DNA of 64,000 nucleotides from Sulfolobales archaeon HS-7 (lineage in GTDB: Archaea; Thermoproteota; Thermoprotei_A; Sulfolobales; Sulfolobaceae), in assembly GCA_019704295.1 (NCBI GenBank), contig AP024596.1, positions 1,216,001 to 1,280,000 on the forward strand, given 5' to 3'. Under the pieces are notes generated by a model, which was not told where the DNA came from, made no database searches, and saw nothing but the letters and a program-made list of their open reading frames with translations. Made by a program: the position numbers and the translations under genes. This document shows, in pieces, positions 53,025 through 63,228 of the stretch. Positions within the stretch are counted from its first letter, which is position 1. Every line of letters starts with the position of its first letter.

Positions 53025-55175
53025 TTAAAGTAATGCTAACAAATGAAGAGCTAGTATTACTGAGGAAGAGAAACCGAAAGCCGATTGTAAGGCAGGTTTT
53101 ATAAATGTGAATATTACGATGCTTATTGTTGAAACCGTAACTGTGCTCATAGCTAGCTTGGAATCAGCAATTGTTCCAGTAATAGCCTTGTTTAGTATTA
53201 AGCCTAAAATTATTGAGGAAATTTGAATGAATACATATACTATGTTGAAGTCTGAACTGTTTATCTGAGTGTTAAGGAAGGGGAGTCCCTGAGTGCTTAC
53301 CCCTTGAAGCCCTGAAAATATCTGGTTTGAATTAAAAGAGGACAATAAAGATAGAGTTATTAATGAAGTTAAAGCAAGCAAAGCAGGCGTAATAATGGAG
53401 ATTATTTTGTAGAACCTTAATCGCGCTTCTGCCTCCCTCTTAGCGTTAACATAAGTGGTTACGAAGCTATGTATTTCCTCTATTAGGAGGGGAGAAATGT
53501 TTCCAGACTCGGTAAGTATTCCTAGGAGGAAAAAGATAAATTTTCCTAACCAACTAACGGTCCTAACTCTCACATTATTTAAAGTCCTACCTCTTTTTAT
53601 TTGCATAGCTATGTTTTTAATAATTTTCGTGAAAGCCGGTTGATAGGTCTTTGACTCACTCCTATTTATTATCGCTTTGGAGAGATCGTATCCTATTTTT
53701 CTGAATTCTGCAAGATCTCTTAGCATAGTTGGAAGCGAAGTCTCCACCTCCTTAATTTCGTTAAGCTGCGGTCTTACTTGTACATAAAGGAGGAGAAGGG
53801 GTACTATTACCGCCCCGTAAAGTGTAAGATATATAGGCACATTTGTAAGATATAATATACCTCCTAGCGCAATACCCAGAGCTACCGGAATGGTTAGATT
53901 GTATCTGACTTTATCGGGAGTTTTAGGTCTTACGCCCTTCGTCATGAAGTACAGCGCAAGTCCGAAGAGAAATGGTAGGACGAGTAGAAGATTAATGATT
54001 TGTGTCCCTCCTAGACCAACCAGGACTATAAAGATACTGGGGACGACTAAGAACAGAATCACGACGGCTTCACCCAAAGATGATATTCTCTCTGAAAACA
54101 ACATCCACTTTAGCGCTAACCACTGGGTAAATTCCTTTTCCTTATCATTTAAATACGCCTCCAGATCTCCTCCACTTGTGAAAACAGCTGAATATCCGTA
54201 TAGGAATGCGGAGTACTCCTTTGAAGTTCTCAATTCGGCCCTTTTTGACACAACTTCTAACATAGATTTCCCAAAAGTCATAATATCGCGAAGGAAAGCC
54301 GATGCTTCCATCTTAAAAGCAGTAAATACGTCAGTTTCCCTTATTTTTCTAAAGACGTATGTTATTGGTAGTCCCGATGACGATGCTATGGCCACAAGGG
54401 CAGCAAAGAACGGTAATTCGTAAAGGTTGAGTTCTCTGGCTTGCGATGCCTTAGAATATGTGTCAAGATAAGGATAGAAGAAGAATAATGCGGGGATTGA
54501 TAAGATGACTCCATAAACTATTAGAAACATTATCGGAGGGAACGGTAGAGTTATGCCGATTAAGGGAAGTCCGTAATTTACAAGTGCAAATATCCCAGCG
54601 GCCAAGATCACTGATACTGGAATGTAGTCTATTCCCGTGGCGCTGTAATCTATTATCTTGAAAACCATGTCTTCGTAACTTCCAGCTACGAGAACGTTCT
54701 TCTCAATCTTCTTGACATACCATCTCACTAACCTCTGAAACCTCTTAGTACCCAACAATACCTTCGCAACTTTCACCGGATATATTCCGTGCAATTTATT
54801 GACTTCCTGCTCGATTGCCCTTTTGTACTCAGGAAGACGGAACGTTGAGGCTATTACCTCGAAGATTATAAGTCCTACAAAGGCCGCTACTACAGCCAGT
54901 CCTATTGTGTTTGCATAGAAAGGATTGTTAATAACTGCTATGAGGAAGTGATCTATCGGAATCAGGAAGAATGCAAGCACGACATCGAGTATTAGAAAAG
55001 CTAGGAGGAGAACGGTGTCCCTTGTTCGTGAAATAACAATAAGGAACAACATTAACTTTACGATGGGATCGTTACCTACCATTTTGCTCTTCTTAGTAAT
55101 GTTACTTTCCTCCTTCTCCTTGGGTTTCTTTTCCTTAGGTTTCATTAAATCCCTAAGTCCTGCCAACCCCCTCAT
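53025..55175 (-). CDS. Type IV pilus/T2SS-F membrane platform protein (TadC/ArlJ-like, two T2SSF domains)
   Basis: ELPFFAALVAIASSSGLP and SLPTMLRDLAEFRKIG repeats, SGGDL and ESGN, multiple TM; ATGA overlap with the ATPase. Confidence 0.9.
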   Translation of the reverse strand: MRGLAGLRDLMKPKEKKPKEKEESNITKKSKMVGNDPIVKLMLFLIVISRTRDTVLLLAFLILDVVLAFFLIPIDHFLIAVINNPFYANTIGLAVVAAFVGLIIFEVIASTFRLPEYKRAIEQEVNKLHGIYPVKVAKVLLGTKRFQRLVRWYVKKIEKNVLVAGSYEDMVFKIIDYSATGIDYIPVSVILAAGIFALVNYGLPLIGITLPFPPIMFLIVYGVILSIPALFFFYPYLDTYSKASQARELNLYELPFFAALVAIASSSGLPITYVFRKIRETDVFTAFKMEASAFLRDIMTFGKSMLEVVSKRAELRTSKEYSAFLYGYSAVFTSGGDLEAYLNDKEKEFTQWLALKWMLFSERISSLGEAVVILFLVVPSIFIVLVGLGGTQIINLLLVLPFLFGLALYFMTKGVRPKTPDKVRYNLTIPVALGIALGGILYLTNVPIYLTLYGAVIVPLLLLYVQVRPQLNEIKEVETSLPTMLRDLAEFRKIGYDLSKAIINRSESKTYQPAFTKIIKNIAMQIKRGRTLNNVRVRTVSWLGKFIFFLLGILTESGNISPLLIEEIHSFVTTYVNAKREAEARLRFYKIISIITPALLALTSLITLSLLSSFNSNQIFSGLQGVSTQGLPFLNTQINSSDFNIVYVFIQISSIILGLILNKAITGTIADSKLAMSTVTVSTISIVIFTFIKPALQSAFGFSSSVILALHLLALL

Positions 55176-56797
55176 ACCCCTATGAGGTTTTTAGACTGTG
55201 AAGCAATTATCTGGTCTATTTGTGCAGGCTCCAAATAGTATAACCTAAGGTAACCTGCTAATTCGTTATAACTTGATATCTTCATTTTCATAAGTGCCCT
55301 AAGGAACTCTACCCTTCTCTCTGCTTCATACTTCAATGTGGAGTCATCCCACGCAAGGTAAGTGGCAGCGTCTTTTAATTGATAAGAGTTTTGTAACACT
55401 TTGGAAATACTATTTGGTGTAGTTTCGTTTAGTACGGTATTGTATTCAAACACCTTCTGATACGTATTACTCGTTCCCTGAGGAATGTTTTCCCATATAG
55501 TCATAATTCGTCTGTACTGTTCTCTAGTTTTGTAATCTATTAATCTGTTTACTGATACAATTGAGGACAATAGTTGTTCAAATTCCCTTGCGGTCACTTC
55601 AGGCAATAACCCTAAAATCCTCGCCCTAACTTCTTCTGGGTTAGCACCGTGAAATGTGGTTATGCCTCCGTGACCTGTTGCAGAAGCCTGAACTAAATTA
55701 CCCATTTCCGAACCTCTTACCTCTCCCACTATTACGTAGTCTGGCCTATACCTTAAGGATGTCTTAACTAGTGCATCCATTCCAATTTCTTTCCCTGAGG
55801 CAAAAGCCACAGTTCTCGTGAAAAGTCTTATCCAGTTTTCATGTGGAAGTAGTAATTCAGGTGTATCCTCAATAGTGAGGATTTTCGCATTAGGATGAAG
55901 CAGCGTTAATAACGCGTTAAGGAAAGTGGTCTTTCCCGAACCCGTAGGTCCCACGATTAGAATGAATTTCTTAGCCTCGGCTAAAATCCATAGATATACA
56001 ACCTCTGGTATACTCGTCATCCCCTTTTGTATTAAATCAATAATCGTAAAGGGTTTTTCTGGATGCTTCCTTATATCCATGGTAGAACCAGGGAGTGAAA
56101 CCTCATTACCGTATGTCGTTGCAACTCGATGACCCTCCTTCAGAATGGCATCCTGTATTGGGTTCGCCAAGCTAATAGTTTTTCCTCCTCTTTCCATTAT
56201 CTTTTCCACAAGGGACTTTACCTCAGTCTCGCTGTCAAATATAATGTTAGTCGGCAACCTGAGATATTTGGTAAAATACTTGTGTACAACTGTAACCGGC
56301 TTTCCAAATCCCGATATCTCAATTTCCTCAATGTTTTTGTCATAAATAAGAGGTGTTAGGATTGAATAACTCATTTCCCTGATAACCATATATACTAACT
56401 TATCTATGCTTGAACCTTCCACTATTAGATCAAGATTCTCCGCAATATTTTGTAAATATTCTCTTATTTGTTTTTTCATTGCAAAAGGTGAAACTTTCTC
56501 ATCATAAACGTCCCCCAAGATAGGTACAGACACATACATGTATTCTTGAATTTGGTTTATTATATCCTCCTCCTTTGGAAGAATGTTCGGCTCTTTTATA
56601 AAGTAGTATCCCCGACCGTTTATCTCCTTTATCGTTATTTTTACATAAGAAAGAATCGGATCTACTTCGCTAAGATCATATTCCGATAAAATTTTCCCTT
56701 CTGGGGGAATGCTCTTTACCTTCAAAATTTTCTCTGCGCCTGCATCCTCCTTATTCTTATCAAGAATCGTTTTCCTGAATACTGGAAACTTAACCAT
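55172..56797 (-). CDS. Type II/IV secretion-family assembly ATPase (TadA/ArlI/PilB-like)
   Basis: GPTGSGKTT, TIEDTPEL, LRYRPDYVIVGEVRG, TGHGGITTFH. Confidence 0.95.
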   Translation of the reverse strand: MVKFPVFRKTILDKNKEDAGAEKILKVKSIPPEGKILSEYDLSEVDPILSYVKITIKEINGRGYYFIKEPNILPKEEDIINQIQEYMYVSVPILGDVYDEKVSPFAMKKQIREYLQNIAENLDLIVEGSSIDKLVYMVIREMSYSILTPLIYDKNIEEIEISGFGKPVTVVHKYFTKYLRLPTNIIFDSETEVKSLVEKIMERGGKTISLANPIQDAILKEGHRVATTYGNEVSLPGSTMDIRKHPEKPFTIIDLIQKGMTSIPEVVYLWILAEAKKFILIVGPTGSGKTTFLNALLTLLHPNAKILTIEDTPELLLPHENWIRLFTRTVAFASGKEIGMDALVKTSLRYRPDYVIVGEVRGSEMGNLVQASATGHGGITTFHGANPEEVRARILGLLPEVTAREFEQLLSSIVSVNRLIDYKTREQYRRIMTIWENIPQGTSNTYQKVFEYNTVLNETTPNSISKVLQNSYQLKDAATYLAWDDSTLKYEAERRVEFLRALMKMKISSYNELAGYLRLYYLEPAQIDQIIASQSKNLIGV

Positions 56798-56829
56798 ATC
56801 CTATTAATTAAATCGTTTATTAATAGATG

Positions 56830-56841
56830 TATATAAACTTT
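56830..56841 (-). promoter_or_regulatory. BRE/TATA promoter (AAAGTTTATATA) of the ATPase-TadC operon
   Basis: Consensus TATA ~33 bp upstream of ATG 56797. Confidence 0.65.
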
Positions 56842-56852
56842 CATGAAAGAAT

Positions 56853-57015
56853 AAGCAATTAGGGTTTCTATTGTGAATTGTAATTATTACAAACCGCAAT
56901 TAAATAAAGGAAATTGTTAAGTGCTAATTCCTACCTAGTCTATGCAATTGCATTAGATTGAATTCATTTTATCTTTCTAAAAAAACTGAATTTGTGGCAA
57001 ACCAGTAAAAGGTCC
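56853..57015 (+). mobile_element. MITE family A copy
   Basis: TTGTGAATTGTAATT...AAATTGTTAAGTG...CCTACCTAGTC...ACTGAATTTG; colinear with 39251. Confidence 0.75.
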
Positions 57016-58224
57016 ACCATCTGGAGTTGAGGAAATTAATTAGATCTCTGTAATAATTTCATAAATTTCTACAAATAAATATAGAGTGAAATAGCAAAAT
57101 ACCAGATAAGTGAACTACCTTAATCCTCGCTGATAAAACAAAAATTTAGTAATTATATCGCTTTATACTCTAAAGTTCATGTGCCTACTTCTATGGAATT
57201 GAATTAACTCGGTTTAAGGAATCATCTTGAAGAAAAGAAATTGAGTCCTTTGTTTTTAAAATATGAGAAATAACTATCCTAGGATTATATCAAAACTAGA
57301 GTAAGTTAATACTACGTCGAATCTTACGTAAATATTATTAGTAGGAACTATAATGATCTCATCGGAGTTAAAAGCACTTAATTTCCTTTGCTAAACATTT
57401 CGAGAACTGACGGATTTCAGTAAAGTACTAATAAATTTTTGGTCTGCCTTAAACGAACTTGAGGGGTTTGCACAGCCCCACAGTCTCATTTGAAAGTGTC
57501 CAATGTGGGACTGTTAGTTCCTTCTAGGATTTAATTTTGAGATATGTGAATAAAAGGGATTACATTAGGCTGAATTGATGGTAAAATACAGGGATTTCAG
57601 TAAATTAAACGCCCTGTTAACATGTTCTGAACGCTTAGAAAAGGATCGACTAGTTACGCTAGAAAAGCTCAATCCCTAGGTTTGATTCTAAAAAATCACG
57701 CTCTTTCTACTACACTAAATAAACTAATTTTTATATTACTGCTTTTGAAATATCTGAACGAATTTTATCCATGATAGATACGTTTTATAACTTTCTAGTT
57801 TATCTAGTTATTCACATTAATTATGTATTGAACAATGTCTTGAGAAAGCACTCGTCGGAGCTGTATCTCATTTGCAAGAAGACTGAGAAATTCAAGGACC
57901 TTACATAATAAGCCTTAAAGGTCTAGGTGATACACTCCTTATACCCATGTCTATACTTCTTCTCCATACTTAATCCTTACCTAACGCTATCGTTGGAATT
58001 TAATCAAAGATATTCATTACTGAATTAAAACAAATGAAACTTAGAAAAACTGGAATCTGTCATCGACTCTTACGAATCTTAAGATTTTCAGACACTTGTA
58101 ATCACTCTAATATCGGCTCATAAAAATGGCAGCATATAGGTCTGAAATTATTAATCGGGGTGGATTATCCTTTTTAAGGAAAAATTAATCACCAGTATGC
58201 GATTATGAATTCACTCCATAAACG

Positions 58225-58617
58225 TTATTGTCTTAACGCATATAGGAGTTCTCTAAGAAGTTCAAGCTCCGCATTAACCTCCCTTTCTAAACTCCTTCTT
58301 AGAGGTAAAATTCTCTTTGTCGTGAACCTTAAGTGAAGAACTGTGTTATCGAGATAGGGAATAAGAAGGACTACCAACTGATCGAGTGTATAGTTATTCT
58401 TAGATATAATCCATATAATATATTGATCTTTCAGATGAAGTGTAGCGGTGACTTTACCGTTAATTAAATAGGTGAGATTACTAATTTTACTGATTTCCTC
58501 AACTTCATAGAATAGTCTTAGACAACCCGAATTTAGGAAAAAGGATTGTAACTTCCTGTAATTATAAGGTAACTCTTTCTCAAGTATGATTTCTTTCACA
58601 GTATTATTTCCTGTCAC
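58225..58617 (-). CDS. Hypothetical protein (possible START/SRPBCC-like fold)
   Basis: 130-aa intact ORF; strand-helix start, beta-strands and a long C-terminal helix. Confidence 0.5.
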   Translation of the reverse strand: MTGNNTVKEIILEKELPYNYRKLQSFFLNSGCLRLFYEVEEISKISNLTYLINGKVTATLHLKDQYIIWIISKNNYTLDQLVVLLIPYLDNTVLHLRFTTKRILPLRRSLEREVNAELELLRELLYALRQ

Positions 58618-58938
58618 ATCATATTTATCAATTTTTTGTTTGTCTAGAACTATGTTATTTCATTCAATTGTTGAATTATAATTAGATATTATTGGTACAA
58701 CTTATTATTAAAATACAGGAAGGGCTAACCCTGGAAACTACACGGAAAATTATTAAGATATTTAGCTGCGACATCTTTTTATTAAATCCGTATTGCGTTA
58801 TTATGGGGGATCTTGTTTATCTTAGGATAAACAAAAATTAGCATGAATCATACCTAGGGACTTATACTTACCATGTAAAAACAATTCGAAAACAAATAAA
58901 AATTTTAGCTTGAAGAATAATATAAACTCTATACTTCT

Positions 58939-59412
58939 CTAATATATAGTATAGTGTTCTGATATCGAGGTCGACTGGCTTGTACCAGAAGCAGTCGTTC
59001 CAGTGCCAGAAATTTGTATCTCTACCGTGCTACCAGACGGTATATTTGCTCCTTGTTGTTGTACTAAGAACCACACAACCATTTGGTCGCCAGGATTTAA
59101 TGTCCCGATACTAGTATTCGAAACCGGATTCACACTACCACTATAAAAGACGTTTCCAGTTAGACTAAGAGCTATGCCACCTGTATTTTGAACTGTGACG
59201 ATTATATATTCGGTTTCTCCCCCCAATACTATTGCATTAACATTAAGAATGGAGAGTGATGCCTTCGCTGAATTACTTGTAAGGAGATGGGCTACATAGT
59301 ATGCTACGAAAGCGGCAGCAACTATGACAATTAAGATCAACAACACCGTACTAATAATACCCTCTACTCCTCTTCTTACTTTCCTATTATTGTATCTTTT
59401 CTCTACTATCAT
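58939..59412 (-). CDS. Archaeal type IV pilin (class III signal peptide), probable major pilin
   Basis: RKVRRG|VEGIISTVLLILIVIVAAA; VQNTG; LNPGD. Confidence 0.9.
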   Translation of the reverse strand: MIVEKRYNNRKVRRGVEGIISTVLLILIVIVAAAFVAYYVAHLLTSNSAKASLSILNVNAIVLGGETEYIIVTVQNTGGIALSLTGNVFYSGSVNPVSNTSIGTLNPGDQMVVWFLVQQQGANIPSGSTVEIQISGTGTTASGTSQSTSISEHYTIY

Positions 59413-59437
59413 TTCAAAAATATTTTTTCTGGACTTA

Positions 59438-59449
59438 TATATAAACTTT
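59438..59449 (-). promoter_or_regulatory. BRE/TATA promoter (AAAGTTTATATA) of the pilin gene
   Basis: Same 12-mer as the ATPase promoter, ~26 bp upstream of ATG 59412. Confidence 0.65.
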
Positions 59450-59460
59450 TCCGCTTACTA

Positions 59461-60417
59461 GACTCTGTAACAAAAACTCTAAGTAATCCTTACTTCCCAT
59501 TTCGAACACGTAAACAAGAAGTTGACTCAGAAGGACTTCGAGGACTTCAAGGAGTCAATAGAGGACTTGATCACCGCAAAAGGAGAGTAGGGTAGGTAAG
59601 GTGGAGATTGAGGAAAGGGAAGAGGTTAACTAGGTTAAGCCTCGGTAAAGAGTTAGGGCGTCACACAATGAGGGGAAGTTCATGTAAACATGGGAAAACA
59701 AGGGAGGAAGAGCAAGTTAACCCCCAGGGCGTACCAATAATCAATACCTAGGCCAACAGGGAAGCACAGGACTAGCGTGACTAACAAAGCAGGAGATAAG
59801 CTACAAGACGGTAGAGAGACTTGTTTAATGTTTTTCCTTGTGCTTTACAACATGCTCTCAAAGAGCGTAGTGGACTTCGTCAATGGACAGGCTATTCCCT
59901 AGTGAGCATTACTGGAAGAAGGTGAGAAGTCCGGGAAAGAGGTGAAAAAAAGGAAAGCACTTCGCGTACTCTTCATTACCTAGGCAGTAACTTAATCGCT
60001 TAGTTACTCGCTCAAGAGCGAGAGGCTTACGAGGCCCTCTAGTTTCTGAGGGATTTTACCGTGCAAGTTGACTCCTTGAGGGTTGACAAGTACTACGGCA
60101 AGTCTGCACTTGACGACTTCTATAATTCCGAGGTCTATTTAACCTAAATCTAACTTAACGATCGATGGAGGGAAGATGTCGAGATGACATTGAGGTTCAT
60201 TAGCCCATTGGAATAAAGGAGTCAAGCCTGAGAACAGAGTCCCCGATCTCCTTTAAGGAGGACAGGGCGTATCATAAACAGGGTCGATAAGAGAGGATCC
60301 ACTTGACGTTCCTAACAAAGGTCGTAATTCACGACATACTGTGGTCTAAAGCATTAGATTAAAAATCCTGAAATCATATGTAAATTTGCAACCCATTAGA
60401 TTAATTTGTCTCAGACT
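59461..60417 (+). mobile_element. Degenerate IS (ISNCY, ISC1043/ISC1048-like), second copy
   Basis: Ends GACTCTGTAACAAA and TTTGTCTCAGACTC; reverse-complement homology to 36232-37234; many frameshifts. Confidence 0.75.
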
Positions 60418-60555
60418 CCTCTTTTGCCTTGTAATTTCCCTAAATTTCTGCGGCCCTTTCTCAAACTTAATGCTCGGTAAGCGATAATCTTAGGTTTGAA
60501 TTAGGTACTATTAATATTGTAGAATTTCAGATGATTTGGAAAACAGAATATATAG

Positions 60556-61386
60556 CAGTGGTATTATCCCAATTTTACTAAAAATAATATAATTTCGAAA
60601 AACCAAGGGAAAATCTCGCCAGCTAAAGTAAAAATAAGTTAAATTTCTTTTTAAAGCGGGGAAAGGATCGACCTTTGTATCGGAGAAAGGTGCATAAGCT
60701 AGTTTTTGCGCGTATAGTGATACCTTGTGTTTGGCATTATCAAAAGGAAAGAAATGAGGACGTTAAAGTTTAACCGAGGGAATTCTCAAATCCTTGGTAT
60801 AAGGGTAAGGAAACCCCGGGATGAGTTCCTTGGCAAATAAGTTACTTAAACCCGTTTAAGTTCATTTCCTCCAATCCTAAGAACATCGTGAGATGGGTAA
60901 GATCCCCTCCTCAGGGTATAGGACTACATCTCCCTTGTGAGATACTGGAAGTGGTTGAGGAACTTTTGGGAAGGATTATCGAATTCTGTGAGTTGCACAT
61001 TATTTTTCAGAAGAGAAGAACGTCCTGGGACTTGCCGAGACCTTTCTGAGCTAGACAAGGGAGCAGCGACACTAAGGAACGATCTTTAAGGGGTAAGAGG
61101 CTTAAAGGGATTAAACGCCTTCGCCAGCTTCATAGGTCTAGCTTACAACATTCAACAATTTGGAACCCTTGTAAAACCCTGAAATCTTTGCTTTAAGACC
61201 TTACTAAAAAAACTCGTTCCTAGCCTTGAATCTCGAAAATTATATGATTACTTCTAATCATGCCTTAATAAACTGATTTTATATTATTTCTATTCTCATA
61301 ATCGAGCGAATTTAATTCCAGTAAGATGTGTTTTACAAATTTTTTAGTTTATCTAATTATTCGCAATAATTACACGTTCGACACTG
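60556..61386 (+). mobile_element. Internally deleted ISH3-family IS
   Basis: Begins CAGTG...CCAATTTTACTAAAAAT, ends CACTG; 5' part homologous to 63229 onward. Confidence 0.7.
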
Positions 61387-61483
61387 TAACATAATTAGCT
61401 AAAAATTTTTACATAATATTCAAGTAAACCTCAAAACTTGAGGTAACGAAATTTTTAAATAGAAGATAAGAAAAAAACTCCTA

Positions 61484-61987
61484 GTGAATAGAAGAGCAAC
61501 ATCGGTAATTATATCGACGGTCCTCCTATTATTGATCACTTTGGTAGCAATATCACTAGTCATGTATTATTATGGATCGCAAATACCATCAGCGGTTAGC
61601 GTATCACTACAAAAGGAAAGAATTGCTATAAGGGAGGGAGGGCAGTTACTTAATTTGATTTACTTTTACTGTAATAGTCCCTGTTACAGCGCTACGTTTT
61701 ACGTTGAAGACACATCTTCACTACCAATATATATACAGGCGGTATGCCTATTGAGTCCTGACGGAACTGTAAGTCTATATACGGAAGGGTTAAATGTGGG
61801 TAATTCACTTAATGGTTTGGTAGAAATCTGTAACAGTAACGGACCATTACAGACGACTAATATTGATGGCGTTGAATATATAATCCTCTTTTCACACGAA
61901 ATTTATTGGATTCATATAGATTATCCCGGAAATATTGCTTCAATGAAGCTTATTATCAAGAGTAATGGATTTTATATTGAGGTGTAG
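61484..61987 (+). CDS. Type IV pilin-like protein (class III signal peptide)
   Basis: MNRRA|TSVIISTVLLLLITLVA. Confidence 0.85.
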   Translation: MNRRATSVIISTVLLLLITLVAISLVMYYYGSQIPSAVSVSLQKERIAIREGGQLLNLIYFYCNSPCYSATFYVEDTSSLPIYIQAVCLLSPDGTVSLYTEGLNVGNSLNGLVEICNSNGPLQTTNIDGVEYIILFSHEIYWIHIDYPGNIASMKLIIKSNGFYIEV

Positions 61988-61990
61988 TTG

Positions 61991-62416
61991 ATGAGTATGA
62001 AGGCCCAAAGCTCTGTAATAGTTATGATTGCAGTAATGGCAATATTCTTTCTAGCGTTATCATCAATTGTTTATGTTCAAATGATAATGGGAACCATTAC
62101 CAACGAGTATAAGTCAATATACCAGATCGATGTATTGAAGGGAAGGGAATCGCTACTTGTAACGGTGTATCAAAGTGAGCAAGGCTATGTCCTTACTATT
62201 GTAAACAACGGTCCAATACAGACAAGAATTACCGGAATTTTTGCAGTATGTAACAGCGGTAATTATTTAATGAAATGTCCGTTGAATAACGGTGCAGATC
62301 AAACTTTGTCTCCTCAACAAAGTATAGTATTAACCTATAACCCGCCTAACCCAACTAACGTTGAGGCATACATAGTAGTTACTATGTATGGAAACGTTTA
62401 TTATGCAGCGACGTGA
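61991..62416 (+). CDS. Type IV pilin-like protein (minor pilin)
   Basis: MSMKA|QSSVIVMIAV; RESL, VNNGP, LSPQQS, VTMYGNVY; GAGGTG RBS before ATG 61991. Confidence 0.82.
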   Translation: MSMKAQSSVIVMIAVMAIFFLALSSIVYVQMIMGTITNEYKSIYQIDVLKGRESLLVTVYQSEQGYVLTIVNNGPIQTRITGIFAVCNSGNYLMKCPLNNGADQTLSPQQSIVLTYNPPNPTNVEAYIVVTMYGNVYYAAT

Positions 62417-62420
62417 GAGC

Positions 62421-62891
62421 ATGATGAGGAATAGAAAAGAGACTAGAGCAGTTTCAGAGGTTGTAGCCTCGGTTATCTTAATTTTAATAACTCTTTCTGC
62501 AATGAGTTATGTCATATATTACTTTATGTACAGATACTATGAAGAAGGAGCTGGACTAAATTTAGAAGCAAATAGACTAATATTATCGTCAGGGCAGATA
62601 ATATCAACACTTTACGTTTATAATAACGGTACGGATTACGTTTTCTATTTTGAAGATATTGGTAATTTCAAATTGGATCTGCAGGGGGTATGTTACATGA
62701 CCGGCGGAAAATTAGTTAACATAAGCGCTAACGCGCCTATATATAACTATTCTAGTGTGGTTAAATGCGCACCAACCACAATTTGGCCGCGAGAAGTTTA
62801 CTGGATAGTTCTAAATGATGGTGAACTAAGCTCCTTTAATGGTATTCTCTATCTTAAAATAAACGGTGTATTCATACAGCTACAGGGATAA
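62421..62891 (+). CDS. Type IV pilin-like protein (class III signal peptide)
   Basis: MMRNRKETRA|VSEVVASVILILITL; paralog of the 61484 gene (GQLL/GQII, FYVED/FYFED, EIYWI/EVYWI, NGFYI/NGVFI). Confidence 0.85.
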   Translation: MMRNRKETRAVSEVVASVILILITLSAMSYVIYYFMYRYYEEGAGLNLEANRLILSSGQIISTLYVYNNGTDYVFYFEDIGNFKLDLQGVCYMTGGKLVNISANAPIYNYSSVVKCAPTTIWPREVYWIVLNDGELSSFNGILYLKINGVFIQLQG

Positions 62892-63228
62892 TATCTAACA
62901 TATTTCGTCGACAAATACTTCAATTGATAAATTCAAAATATTTTCCTAATAAAATAGTACTCGCCAGAGTGTTATGTAAATAGCGTTAACAAGGATTGAT
63001 AAGCTAATTGGAATTTAAAACTTTCAATTGCTTTCTATCAAGAAGAATACAGCGGAGCTTAGGAAAGTGCTTGTTTTATAACCTATCTCGGAACTACACG
63101 AAAATCTTTTGACCAATTACGATATACAGGAAAGAAGTCCTATGGCTTTAGGTATGATAACGTCTTAACTAGGTTGGGTCTATGTCCCCTCTTTCACGTC
63201 TTAGAGAGGATGTTGACTTACTCATGGA

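Noticed and set aside
53890-54423. 177-aa plus-strand ORF
   Set aside because: Antisense shadow of the TadC-like gene with no motifs
518-57015. Family-A repeats as dispersed CRISPR repeats or tRNA-like genes
   Set aside because: Too long, carry TIRs, occur singly in both orientations, and no cloverleaf is evident
52681-59449. Shared AAAGTTTAWATA 12-mer as a pilus-specific regulator site
   Set aside because: It is the generic BRE/TATA consensus and also precedes the solute-binding protein gene (~14718)
53025-62891. Calling the locus the archaellum, Ups or Bas system
   Set aside because: No archaellin or arlF/G/H/X, no upsX-like gene, and the sugar-binding protein in this window has a class I rather than class III signal; assignment needs phylogeny
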